Positions 1 to 10,592 of a stretch of DNA of 39,104 nucleotides are shown piece after piece; position 1 is the first letter of the stretch, and each line of letters starts with the position of its first letter. The notes beneath the pieces were generated by a model. That model searched no databases. It saw nothing but the letters and a program-made list of their open reading frames with translations, and had not been told where the DNA came from. The DNA is from Octopus bimaculoides (taxonomy: Eukaryota), in NCBI RefSeq assembly GCF_001194135.2, contig NC_068998.1:29697375-29736478 (forward strand), in the 5' to 3' direction. The translations under genes were made by a program, and so were the position numbers.

Positions 1-107
1 ATATATATACACACACACACACGTACTTACATACACGCTTATATGCATACATACATACATACATACATACATACATACATACATACATACATACATACAT
101 ACATACA
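1..107. repeat. Compound microsatellite (TA)n/(CA)n/(TACA)n
   Basis: Directly visible; pure (TACA)n from about 46 to 107. Confidence 0.95.
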
Positions 108-974
108 AGTTCCTTAAACAATTTAGTCGATGGTAGATCTAACTGTGAATCATGTTTATTAATGTATCGCTGTAAAATCTATTAACAATTCTTCTATTCG
201 ACGCACAAGTTTGTGCGTCAGAGGGGAGATGAAAAGCAAAAGTGTTTTGACAGGGGAATCTCAAAAATTCAGCCATCTCATCTTTTCCCCTTAACTTCTT
301 TACCAAAAGCTTCTAATACCAATGTTATTAAGAGTAATTACAGGCAATATCGTTCATCAAAATGTTTAATTACATTGGTACTTAAATGACTGTTGTTAAA
401 CTTAATTCAATTAATGCAGATGCTATTGTTTTATTGCCGCGTATTCGAGAGTCAACCCTAGGGATGTTACATAAATATCAACAACAGGTTTTTAGACGGT
501 TATAAACATATAGACGGACATGAACACAGATACCTCCCGTCTTTATTAGATTTGAAACACCCGTAGCGGGAACTTTTGTTTGCAGATTGATTGGATAAAC
601 TCATTTGATAGAAGTTTTTCAACTGACAAAGGAAAGACACTATGATATTTGTTTTTAGTAGGCAAAGCGCTCTCTTGAGGTGGTTTCTCTCAGTGGTATG
701 GGTAGTATTCAAAATTGCTGTTACTACGATCCCTCTATTTCGGGGGGGGGGGATAAAAATTCCTCTAAAGTCTTTTTCTACCTTCAGCTTCATTATTGAT
801 ATTCAAAATTAATGTCAGTGCCTTATATGAAGTACTTTAGGAAACATTCAGCTTTGGCATCAACTTCGAATGAGGGTTAAAATAAAACCCACAGTATTGA
901 GGTTTAAAAAATCGAAGAAAATCAAAACGATAGAACTGTTTCAACCAAATTCCACGTAAAAAGTTATAAGGCAT

Positions 975-1740
975 TCAGCTTGTAAAAAGATCATGGCGAC
1001 GATATTTTGAGGTAAGCTCATTCCTTGAATTTAACAAAATTAGAAAAGATGTTAAAGAGGAAATTTTTTCATTGGTGCAAAAGTAGTATGGTCCGGACCA
1101 TTCAGAATATGATTTGGCAAATTTTCTCATTAATCATTGTGTTTTAGTCACCGTACGGGTTGCAAAAGGATGATAGTGCTTCTCTCTGAGCGTCTAAGCT
1201 AAAATACATGCTTTGAGTTGACTCTCTCGAAGGTACATCCTGATAAACCAAAGTAGGTGCGTTTGTTCTGGTCAACCAATTTCAATTTGGCACTGTATAC
1301 CAACTCATTGATAAAATATATACCACCGAAACGGTGTAATATAATAGTATAATAATATTGTTGGAACAATAGTAGTTTCTTTTGCTATTGTCGAAAATCA
1401 AATTCTTGATATTCCTTGTACTTTTCGTGTACATTTAGGGGAGCATGTCAATCTCTAACTTATTAAAAATTCTGGCAATATTTGTAACTAAACCAGGTAA
1501 TACTGCACTTGCGTGCTTTTTCTTTTTTAATGCGGTGTTACTGAGGTATTTGTCATTTTACGATAACGCTGTACTTTTAAACATTGTGTCAGCAACCGAG
1601 ATGCTTGTGATGCAGCGACTAATATTACTCGATAATCTCTTGAATTTTCACTCGAGATAAACTATTACTACTGGTGCCTCGTAACAAGACATCCCATCCT
1701 ATTTTGATGAATTATTCTTTTAGTCTTTTACTGATTTCAG
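975..1740 (-). mobile_element. Degenerate Penelope-like element, 3' part (post-RT region plus GIY-YIG endonuclease)
   Basis: Manual minus-strand translation across frameshifts and stops gives, in PLE order: FKRLSSNISRCITSISVADTMF, NIARIFNK, GGIYFINELVYSAK...RTYFGLSGCTF (GIY-YIG-like VY...YxG) and C-terminal PYYFCTNEKI...LLNSRNELTSKYRRH. The last resembles the CxLCLxEK...LLNKRSELxSKCRH tail of invertebrate PLE endonucleases. Confidence 0.7.
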
Positions 1741-1856
1741 TGCTTCAATTAAGGCTATAACGGGACACTGCCTTCAACTTTGATGATTATTCATACTATT
1801 TGGACATAACTTTTGAAAACTTGGCAAGCGAGGGGTATTGTGCAAATGCGAATGCA

Positions 1857-1985
1857 TTTATATGATATATATACATATATATATATACACACACACACAC
1901 ATATGCTCTCACACACATATATGTGTGTGGGTGTACCTATATTTACATATATTTACATACAAATGCATACATACATACGCACAAA
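1857..1985. repeat. Compound (TA)/(CA)/(TG) microsatellite
   Basis: Directly visible. Confidence 0.85.
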
Positions 1986-2443
1986 AAGTGGCAGAATACT
2001 AGAAACAGTCGAGCAAATATAAGACAGACAGATGAATGGATACTTGTATGGATGGATGGATGTTTCCACGATACATCATCATTTTATTTAAAACTCATAT
2101 GATTTAGAAATATATTTCCCATGTTTGTATAGAAATACTTAATACGTTTCACACAAGACATAGCAAAGCTATTTCTCATCTACAGAATAGATGTAATTGG
2201 GATGTTGAAAATTCACAGGCAAATGTGTTTCGACTCGTGCTCTGTATAAAATAAGTAAGAGCCAACAGTGAGAAAGCCCATTTGACCCGCATTTTATTGG
2301 GTGTTAACGCCGCCCAAGTAGAAAACAAATAAACAATGATTAAAAGGAGGTAAAACAATCCGCCAAGTTTTATAAACATAAAAACATAAACAATCTACTA
2401 CTGCTGAATTCGCGTCTTTCAATGTTCTACCCTGCACCAACTC

Positions 2444-2480
2444 CATTTCATCATCATCATCATTATCATCATCATCATCA
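2444..2480. repeat. (ATC)n microsatellite
   Basis: Directly visible. Confidence 0.9.
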
Positions 2481-3460
2481 TAAAAAATAAAAGATTCGAA
2501 ATATTGAAATGATATATGAATCTAATTTATATAAACGCACATGCACACTGTAAATACCTGCAAATATTTCCGATATTTTAAAGCATTAGCTCACGCGTAC
2601 AAACACACATACACACATAAGGTGGTATCAAAATGTTCGCGGACAAGTTCTGTAGCGTGCCAACATATGGCAGAACACGGTTGTGTGCGCAGTGAGAGCT
2701 AGCAGTAACCTTCATGAGTCAGTGTGCCGAGTGTCATTGCTGTGTTTACTTCGCATGTTGTGAAATTTGTTTTTGTGATTACATGTATTCTGTAGTCTGC
2801 GATTTTGTTATGGAACAAAGAGCCAACGTGAAATTTTGCGTTAAACGTAGGAAGTCTGCTACAGAGACATTGAGCATGCTTCGGTAAGCTCACAGCGACG
2901 AGGCAATACGTTGTACGCATATTTCGAGTGGCACAGGCGCTTCAAAAGCGGGAGAACGTCCCTGGAAGACGATGAGCGATCTGGAAGAACTTCCACAAGT
3001 ATCACCCCCAGAAATGTAGTATTGTGCATCGAGAATTTGTCCCTGGGGGTCAGAACGTCAATCAAGAGTTCTACTGCAACGTTTTGAAGCGTTTGAGGGA
3101 GGAATTCGACGAAAGCCAGCGGATCAGTGGAGCGCGAAAAATTGGATTCTTCACAACGACAATGCACTCTGTCATGGAGCTCTCCTCACTTGTTTCTCGC
3201 CAAAAGCATCATGGTATTGCTTCTACAGCCGCCCTATTCGCCAGATTTAGCACCTACGGACTTTCGTCACTTCCCCAAGACGAAAATATAGCTCAAAGGT
3301 CGCTGTTTTAACACCGTTGTCGAGATCCAGAGTGAATCGCAGAAGGTCCTCGATTCGCTTACAGAAAACGACTTCCAGGCCGGATTCCAAAAATGGCAGG
3401 AACGGTGGAATCGGTGTATTGCTGTGCAAAGTGAAGGTGACGATGTTAAAACTTATTTTT

Positions 3461-3830
3461 TTTATTTGTTTCAGTTATTTGACTGCGGCCATGCTGGAGC
3501 ACCGCCTTTAGTCGAGCAAATCGAAACCAGGACATATTCTTTGTAAGCCTAGTACTTATTCTATTGAACTCTTTGCCGAACCGCTAAGTTAGGGGACGCA
3601 ANNNNNNNNNNNNNNNNNNNNNNNNNNNNNGACACAAGCATATACACACACAAGCAAACACACGCACACACAAACACACACACACACACACATATACGAC
3701 GCGCTTCTTTCAGCTTCCGTCTACCAAATCCACTCACAAGGCTTTGGTTGGCTCGAAGCTACAGTAGAAGGCACTTGCTCAGATTGAACCCGGAACCATG
3801 TGGTTGGTAAACAAGCTACTTTCCACATAG
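3461..3830 (-). mobile_element. tRNA-derived CORE-type SINE (octopus OR/OK-like), nested in the mariner
   Basis: Homologous to the copies at 8558-8972 and 15435-15863 (GACTGCGGCCATGCTGGAGCACCGCC tail, internal CA repeat, CTACCAAATCCACTCACAAGGC body). It interrupts the mariner 3' region and contains the N-gap. Confidence 0.85.
3601..3630. other. Assembly gap (30 N)
   Basis: N run. Confidence 1.
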
Positions 3831-4199
3831 TCAAGTCCGGGAACTTTTGATACCACCTCATACACACATACCCACACACGCGTATACTCAGACATATGCG
3901 CGTCTGGGAGAGAAAGTAAGTATAGAGTGAAGACCTTTGCTGTTGTTGTTGTTGCTGTTAAACCCTGATCGAACTGAACTCTGGTGAATGGCTTTCTAAC
4001 CATAGCCATCCAAGAATAATGTATTTCACACCTCATTGTCTCATCTGTTCCTTTCAATATGGTCGGGTATGATGCGATGGATATGTGACTGCTATATCTA
4101 GCAATTCAAGGGACAAGTGTAGCAGTTCCTTCAAAAAAATATAGATTGAATTTGTGAATGAAATATTTATAAGTAACTAAAATAATAATAACAATAACT

Positions 4200-4466
4200 A
4201 TTAACCAAATGTGATGAAAAATGAAGTAGATTCAAAGTACATACACAGCCATCAGATATTGTTGTATGAGTATCCTTTATGATTATACTATTGTGATAAA
4301 AGAATTTGATGTGCTCAGAAAATATAAAGATTTGCTCACTGAGATCGAAAAAATGTGGCATCTCAAGGCGAGTACAATACCAGTTATTGTAGGAGTACTT
4401 GGAATAATCAGAAAAGCTGAAAATTACTTGAGAATGATCCCTGGCTTACCATCCTTGCAAGAAGCT
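4200..4466 (+). mobile_element. R4/Dong-type RLE non-LTR retrotransposon, C-terminal fragment
   Basis: KEFDVLRKYKDLLTEIEKMWHLKASTIPVIVGVLGII closely matches the 24668-25027 ORF (KEFDKLKKYKDLVIEIEKMWYLKTVTIPVIV). It is preceded by AATAATAATAAC. Confidence 0.8.
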
Positions 4467-5129
4467 GGAACGATTTTCAAACTAGAACATCTGTTCAAGG
4501 TTACTCAAATTCTTGTTAAAGACGCACCAAGCGATACTAACTTTGACCTACAGTGTTGAATAACAGCGTCCATTATGCGAAATGTATTGTTCTCAGTGTA
4601 TGCCCGACTTGTTGACGCCGATTTGAAAATGTTAACAAAAAATTTTCCTGATATACAAATACAATCGACCGAATTTTCACATACCGAATTTCTCACACAC
4701 TACATACGCAACATATTGTTTATCCATCATACCAAAAACAATCATTGTATTTTATCTACCAGTTTTTTTCAGATGTCTATTTTATGATAGCTTAAATTTA
4801 CCCGTATTACAAGAGCTAAGTACACAACAGATAACAACACTCGCTTTGCACAATCATAACTCCTACAATTCCCTAGATTGGCTCGTAGGATTCTGGTCCT
4901 TTTTCTCTAGCATACACATGTGAATTAATGATTGGAAACGCCAGAAAAGCTTTTATTCAACCCATCCAAAATGCGAACCCATTTTAATGACTTCTCGAAT
5001 AAAAATTCACAGCAAATTTTGTCATTCAATAGGTTTCATGTTTTAAGTGAAGAATTTCAACAGAAATCAAAAGATTGCCTGAAATACCTTGGAAGTAATA
5101 CTGTGGAAACGCTTGTCCAAGAAAATCTA

Positions 5130-5300
5130 TCACGTTAGAAAATAAGTCTATCATAAATTTCTATGTTATATATATAACTCTTACCAGATGATATCTCTTT
5201 CTTAGGTCATGGACTGAATTTCTGTTCAAGCACAAACAATTTTGACAAAAACGAACTAGCTCAAGAATTATTTACGTTTGAATGATGTCACAATCTTAAC
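5130..5300 (+). mobile_element. Possible Penelope-like element N-terminal relic
   Basis: KSIINF...DDISFLGHGLNFCSSTNNFDKNELAQEL resembles the VINLS...E..vL.KGLNFcP...fdk.el motif upstream of PLE RT domains. Short and degenerate. Confidence 0.4.
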
Positions 5301-7758
5301 TAATATTTTTTTTTTTTTGAAGGAATGGTAACGAAGAGTCGAAAAATCCTATGCTTCTTGAAAATGATAATGATGGTGATGATGATGATAATGATGATAG
5401 AATCTGGCATAATTAGATCTTCAAAATTCCAAACTGCTGTCCAAAAGTTCAAGAGGGATGCTTAGGGTTTGGGAGCTAGGGTTAGAGCTAGACTTGATGA
5501 TATGGTCAGTCTGGGCTTGAGTTTAGATTTGGTTTGGAGGTGCGGTTAGGATTTGGAATTAGTAACAAGTTCAACTCAACTGGAAACGAATACTACGTAA
5601 AGTACAGTTCAGTCGGTTGGAGTTGTATATTTAAAAGGATTTCCGCATTAAACAAACCCTTTGGTTTCATAATTGTACTGCGTTTGTGTGGATTGTATTA
5701 GTTTTGAGAGATGATTCTGCAGATAGTGTGAAATGAGAAATAGACTCCAACGTCCATTTTTCTTTCAAACACTAACTTAATTTAATTGAAAATGAAATCT
5801 TTGGTATCTAACGACCCAATGACATTACTTATATCTTAATCAAAATTTTTGTTGACGAGCATTGTGCAGTTGGTGTCGAGTAAACAATGTCATTATTTTC
5901 ATCCTAAATCACCCCGATAATGTGATTAGATATTGAACTTACAAACTTGCATACAAAGGCCATTATTGTCAGCAAGTATATCAGAAAGTTCAACCTTTGT
6001 AACTTCTTTTGATAAAATCTATACTAATTTTATCTCTATAATTTATCATCGGATTTTATTTTTTTTAAAAACTAGGTTAAAAGCAAAAACAAAAGCTAAG
6101 AACAAAAATCGGGTCTACCACTTCAGTGTTTATTTTGACGAGAAACAATACACCCGAATTTTAGAGCGGGGAAATAGTAAGACATGAATGCCTTTTTCAA
6201 GGTCGTTAATGGTGTATGGAGAAGGTTTTCATTTGTGGATCAGGACCATATTGAGATCTCCGCTTGCTATACAGAGGAGAGTATATGTTGCGATGTTTAC
6301 GATTTCTCCAGAGACATTGGCTGCGATGCAATAGGAACAGAAACTAGGAATCCAATCCGGAAATGTAAGCGGCTTAGCTATACGGCGCTTGCCACAGATC
6401 TATTGATTTTTATTAAATTTAGTAAATATTCATTCAAAAAAGAGAAAAATGGCGTTCTGTATTGAGACAAACTCGACATTTTTCAATATTTGAACAATAG
6501 AACATCAAATTATCTTGCTAGAGGAGCAATGATTGTATTAATAAGCAATGTTTGCGAAGATTGCTATTGATGAGCAAGCAATTAGAAATATAGAAGGTGA
6601 AAATCTAGTATAGATTGATTGCTGATAACAATTAGATTCTAGTAATCTTTATCAAAACATAAATATGCTAACTTCCCGTCAGCTCTAGCAATATTAAAAT
6701 CATCTCAGCTGAGATATGTATTTGAAATTTCTGAATAAAAGTAAATCAAATATGTATAAAATTACCATGAACATATATTGCAGGTATTTATAGATATAGA
6801 TATCTATAAATTTGATATTTGTTCCTCTTAAAATAACATTTCCCAATAAATCAAATTTCGCAGAAAGATCCAGATGTAACTCAGAATAATGAATGAAATA
6901 AATCCCGGGTACGTGGGTTTCCTTTGAGTAAAAGAGACATTTGTCAAGAACAAAGATGAGATGCAAAGTTGCAATGGACAAGCTGTACCTAGCTGAGGTA
7001 CAGAACCATTAGTCTGTCGCGTTATCTTTATGCATTTCTTTTCCTTCATTTCTTCTTTAATCTCCTTCTCCCCCTCCCTCTCTCTTATACATAAATTTTT
7101 TCATTCATCTTCTTTGCGACAACACATTGTTCATGAGCCGAATGCTTTTATTTCTTCCCATGAGTCGGTTATTTTGGATGTAATAGATATATTTCTGTAG
7201 GTTTATCTTCCCCATCAATTACTTTATGAGTTGTTTCAAAACACTTCTCAAATAATATACTTTGAAGTTAAGTATTACCTTTCTATATATTGCCTGGTAC
7301 ATCGTTTCATGGTGATATATTTGCTAAGAAAGATGATATTAAACCTGGTATCTTGCTAGAGGAGCAATGATTGTAATAATTGCTATTAATAAGCAATGTT
7401 TCACCAAAAGATCAAAAGTACTTTGTAAACCAATCTGTAAAAATCTTGTAACATCCCGGATTGTTTAACTGAATACCAAATCACGGGCAGATTAGATTTA
7501 GCCTTTGAAATTCTCTGCATCTGGGGGGTGATATACAAGAAGGGACTTTAATTTCATATCACCAGCAGCATTTCCTCCCATTAGAAGTGTCAGATGATTT
7601 TTGGAAGCATTAAAGCCTAGTACTGACTCCCTTTCACTAAAAATGGAAGTCCTAGCAAGCATTCACTTTCAGAAAAGCCAAGTTTCAATGTTATGTACTT
7701 GTCATCTGAAAAAAAAAACAAAAAAAACAATGTTTCCTTCAGCAACAATTTTCTTCAG

Positions 7759-7870
7759 CTTTGCGGGATGATTAATAGCAATCTCTATATTAGAACTGAC
7801 AGCTTCACCGATGATGTTAATTTTGAGCTAATAAAAGTTCCTCAAAAACATTTCGAGCAAGCCTTTATCG
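7759..7870 (+). CDS. Candidate internal coding exon of an unidentified host gene
   Basis: Acceptor TTTTCTTCAG| and donor ATCG|GTAAGA. 112 nt with exactly one open frame: LCGMINSNLYIRTDSFTDDVNFELIKVPQKHFEQAFIG. Product not recognised. Confidence 0.45.
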
Positions 7871-8557
7871 GTAAGAAAAGGTTTTGCATCAGAGATTGCA
7901 CTTGAATGACCGTCATATTTATCGGCACATTATGTCCTACCTGATCGTTGAGGATCCGTTCCATTTTAAGTGCATTTTATAAGTTCTATGAAAAAATAAT
8001 GTTGTTGTAGTGTTCTGTAACCTACGTTGTCATAACACAGAAGATGTTTGTCTATGCATAAATATATGGAAACAGAGATGGAGAAAGAATGAGATATATG
8101 AATTAACTAGAGAAAGCGAAACTGACTGACAGACAGAAACAAACAGCAGAAATAAGTAACATTTTGGGAAACGATCAATATTGAAGAACATATGGATACA
8201 AAAAAACCCAGATAATTGAAAAGAAAGAGAAAAGAAATTCGGCGAGAGAAAGGGAAAACGACCGAGAGAAAGAAAGAATTCTTCAAGACAAAACAAATAA
8301 CGATCACAGAAATATCTCGTGTTATTTTAATCATACGGCTACTGTATGCCTTTAATGTGATCCAAGCCATTTGAATATTTAATTAAGATTATTATTCCAT
8401 CAAGCCATTTGTATATATAACGGGAAATAATATCATAACATAAATTCCTAATATCATAACATAAATGTCAGAGTCGCTACATTACACAAAATGTTAATCC
8501 AACTTTTGTTAGACAAAATTCTGATTCTCTTTTACTCTTTTACTTGTTTGATAATAT

Positions 8558-8972
8558 TCTCTTTTACTCTTTTATCTTTTACTTGTTTCAGTCATTTGAC
8601 TGCGGCCATGCTGGAGCACCGCCTTTCGTCGAGCAAATCGACCCCCAGGACTTATTATTTGTAAGCCTAGTACTTATTCTATCGGTCTCTTTTGCCGAAC
8701 CGCTAGCTTACGGGGACTTAAACACACCAGCATCGGTTGTCAAGCGATGTTGCGGGGACAAACACAGACACACAAACACACACACATATATATACATATG
8801 CATATATACGACGGGCTTCTTTCAGTTTTCGTCTACCAAATCCACTCACAAGGCTTTGGTCGGCCCGAGGCTATAGTAGAAGACACTTACCCAAAGTGCC
8901 ACGCAGTGGGACTGAACCCGGAACCGTGTGGTTGGTAAGCAAGCTACTTACCATACAGCCACTCCTGCGCCT
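8558..8972 (-). mobile_element. Full-length tRNA-derived CORE-type SINE
   Basis: Minus-strand head AGGCGCAGGAGTGGCTGTATGGT (A box) and GGTTCAGTCCC (B box), a CORE-like CACTTTGGGTAAGTGTCTT segment, an internal TG/TA repeat, and tail GACTGAAACAAGTAAAAG. Confidence 0.9.
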
Positions 8973-9239
8973 ATAAAAGTATTTTTCTAAACAAAATTTC
9001 CGTGTGCGGTCCTGTCGCGCGCGCATTCATACCAACACTTTCACACAAATATAAGTTCCTGTTAAACATAATTGTGACTGGATAAAAATTTGGTAAATAT
9101 TTACAATAACCCCATACTCACTAAATACTAACCCTAACTGTAACCCTAAACCTAAAATTTGTATAGAGCAGCGCCGGCGCTAGCCCCTGCAACCCATGCC
9201 GTCGCAAGTGTTCTCCACCAAGAACTGGAATCACTATTA

Positions 9240-9865
9240 TGTAAAACTTAAAACATGTAATTTTCAGAAGAAAAAGAAACAGGAACGAAAGGTCTTCATA
9301 CGGACGCAAGCCCAGTGAAAGCTCTTATTACATTGATATAAGTCGTTCGTTCATTCGGTCCTTTAGGCAATAGGATACCTTTCAATTTTTACGTTAAACT
9401 TAATAAACTTTAAAGTTCAATATTCCTGTGACATAAGTTAGAGATATCGACATGAGTTATCAAAATAATTGTTCATGGAAAAGCAGCGAGCTGGCAGAAT
9501 CGTTAGCACGCCGGGTGAAATGCTTAGCGGTATTTCGTCTGTCGTTACGGTCTAGGTTCAAATTCCGCCGAGGTCGACTTTGCCTCTGATCCTTTCGGGG
9601 TTGATAAATTAAGTACCAGTTGCGTACTGAGGTCGATCTAATCGACTGGCTCCCTCCCCAAAAATTTCGGGCCTTGTCCCTAGAGTAGAAAAGAATAATT
9701 GTTCGTGGAATGACCCTAATAAAATTCTGTTAAACATTCTACTCAGTTGTGTCTCTCTTTCCTTCTGGCACTTATACGCATTTATCCTTTTCATATTTAT
9801 TGTATCGACCGTCTGATGTACTAAGGGGCCATTCTCGTCACCTTCACTTCGCACGGTAGTTTACA
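9240..9865 (+). mobile_element. LTR A (5' LTR of a Gypsy-type element, interrupted by a SINE)
   Basis: Starts TGTAAA and ends TTTACA (6-bp terminal inverted repeat), followed 2 nt later by a PBS. About 400 bp once the SINE is removed. Confidence 0.6.
9481..9693 (+). mobile_element. tRNA-derived SINE (second family) with 17-bp TSD
   Basis: A box GCTGGCAGAATCG, B box GGTTCAAATTCC, and central GAGGTCGACTTTGCC..ATCCTTTCGGGG..GATAAA..AAGTACCAG (resembles the conserved Meta domain, from recall). TSD AATAATTGTTCATGGAA (9464-9480) / AATAATTGTTCGTGGAA (9694-9710). Confidence 0.9.
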
Positions 9866-9867
9866 AA

Positions 9868-9882
9868 TGGTGACTCCGACGT
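9868..9882 (+). promoter_or_regulatory. Primer-binding site complementary to the tRNA-Trp 3' end
   Basis: TGGTGACTCCGACGT versus expected TGGTGACCCCGACGT for eukaryotic tRNA-Trp (one G-U wobble), immediately after an LTR ending in CA. Confidence 0.75.
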
Positions 9883-10315
9883 AGAAAAAGGATTTTCGGC
9901 AGCCGCAAAGCTTTATCGTTGTAGATGCCTCACTTGAACTCCAGAATGCCAGTTTTCGCTTGCATTCTCAATCAAAAAAATCAATGGCCCGACGTCAGGA
10001 TATCTTCTCTCGTTCAAGTGAACCTTAGAATTCAGGTTCTTCGCCTCGAACTTGTATCTAGAAAAGTATGCATTTTTTCTGACAAGGAAAATACACAGTA
10101 TTCTTTCAAATAATCTCCTGTTGAAGTAATTTCTCCCACAATGTCGACCGTCAACGTTTGTTACCAGTAAATACACCAAATGCATCTACGGAAGAACACT
10201 TCAAGCAAGCCGACCATCAACTTTCTGCTATCGTTCCTGTCTACCGCAATATTCGGATTGCCTCACGTGGTGAAACACAACATTACCAGTTCGCCCGCCA
10301 TTTGCTGACGTTTTC
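9883..10315 (+). pseudogene. Heavily deleted internal relic of Gypsy family A
   Basis: Fragments CIFSDKENTQYSF (pre-protease-like) and PHVVKHNITSSPAI, comparable to THSTHHYITTSGPPVF in the downstream element. Confidence 0.4.
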
Positions 10316-10592
10316 TTAAACAACAACAACAACAACAGAAAAAATACAAACAAGAAAACAAAAAGAGAAGCACATAAATAATTTTTTTTTCTTTTTCAGC
10401 GGACTGCAACACAGGTTTAGCGACTAAAAAAGAAATTTTTTTTTCATTGCTGCACACAGTATACACACACATACACACAAAAACTCAAAATTTTCTTAAG
10501 TAAATTTTCTTTTTCGCACACACGTTACTGTTCCAGCAACACTTTGTCGGTTCTTTGGTCCTTCTTTTCCCTCCTCTGTAAAGAAAAAAAAA

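Larger units (their letters stand above)
2618..3862 (+). mobile_element. Internally deleted mariner (DD34D-type) transposon with both TIRs
   Basis: 5' TIR TAAGGTGGTATCAAAATGTTCGCGGAC (2618-2644) matches the inverted 3' TIR GTCCGGGAACTTTTGATACCACCTCATA (to 3862). Transposase relic from ATG 2810: MEQRANVKFCVK..SATETL, WHRRFKSGRTSLEDDERSGR, then a jump near 3019 to IVHREFVPGGQNVNQEFYCNVLKRL, WILHNDNA, and FQAGFQKWQERWNRCIA. Confidence 0.9.

Noticed and set aside
500-960. Weak PLE-like snippets (SLSNQSAN, FYFNPHS) downstream of the GIY-YIG relic
   Set aside because: Out of order relative to a PLE ORF and short enough to be chance.
5460-5560. Telomere-like TTAGGG-type repeats (also 9128-9155)
   Set aside because: Short and highly degenerate. 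More likely part of a repeat element than interstitial telomere, and too weak to classify.
6184-6465. 93-aa ORF or a possible exon at 6202-6364
   Set aside because: No recognisable domain, weak acceptor, and phase incompatible with the 7759 candidate exon.
9169-9215. GC-rich CAGCGCCGGCGCTAG hAT/MITE-like terminus
   Set aside because: No partner terminus or TSD found; the sequence is interrupted by LTR A.
9483-9570. tRNA genes at SINE heads (also 8900-8972 and 15435-15500)
   Set aside because: A and B boxes are present but no complete cloverleaf; they are fused to SINE bodies.
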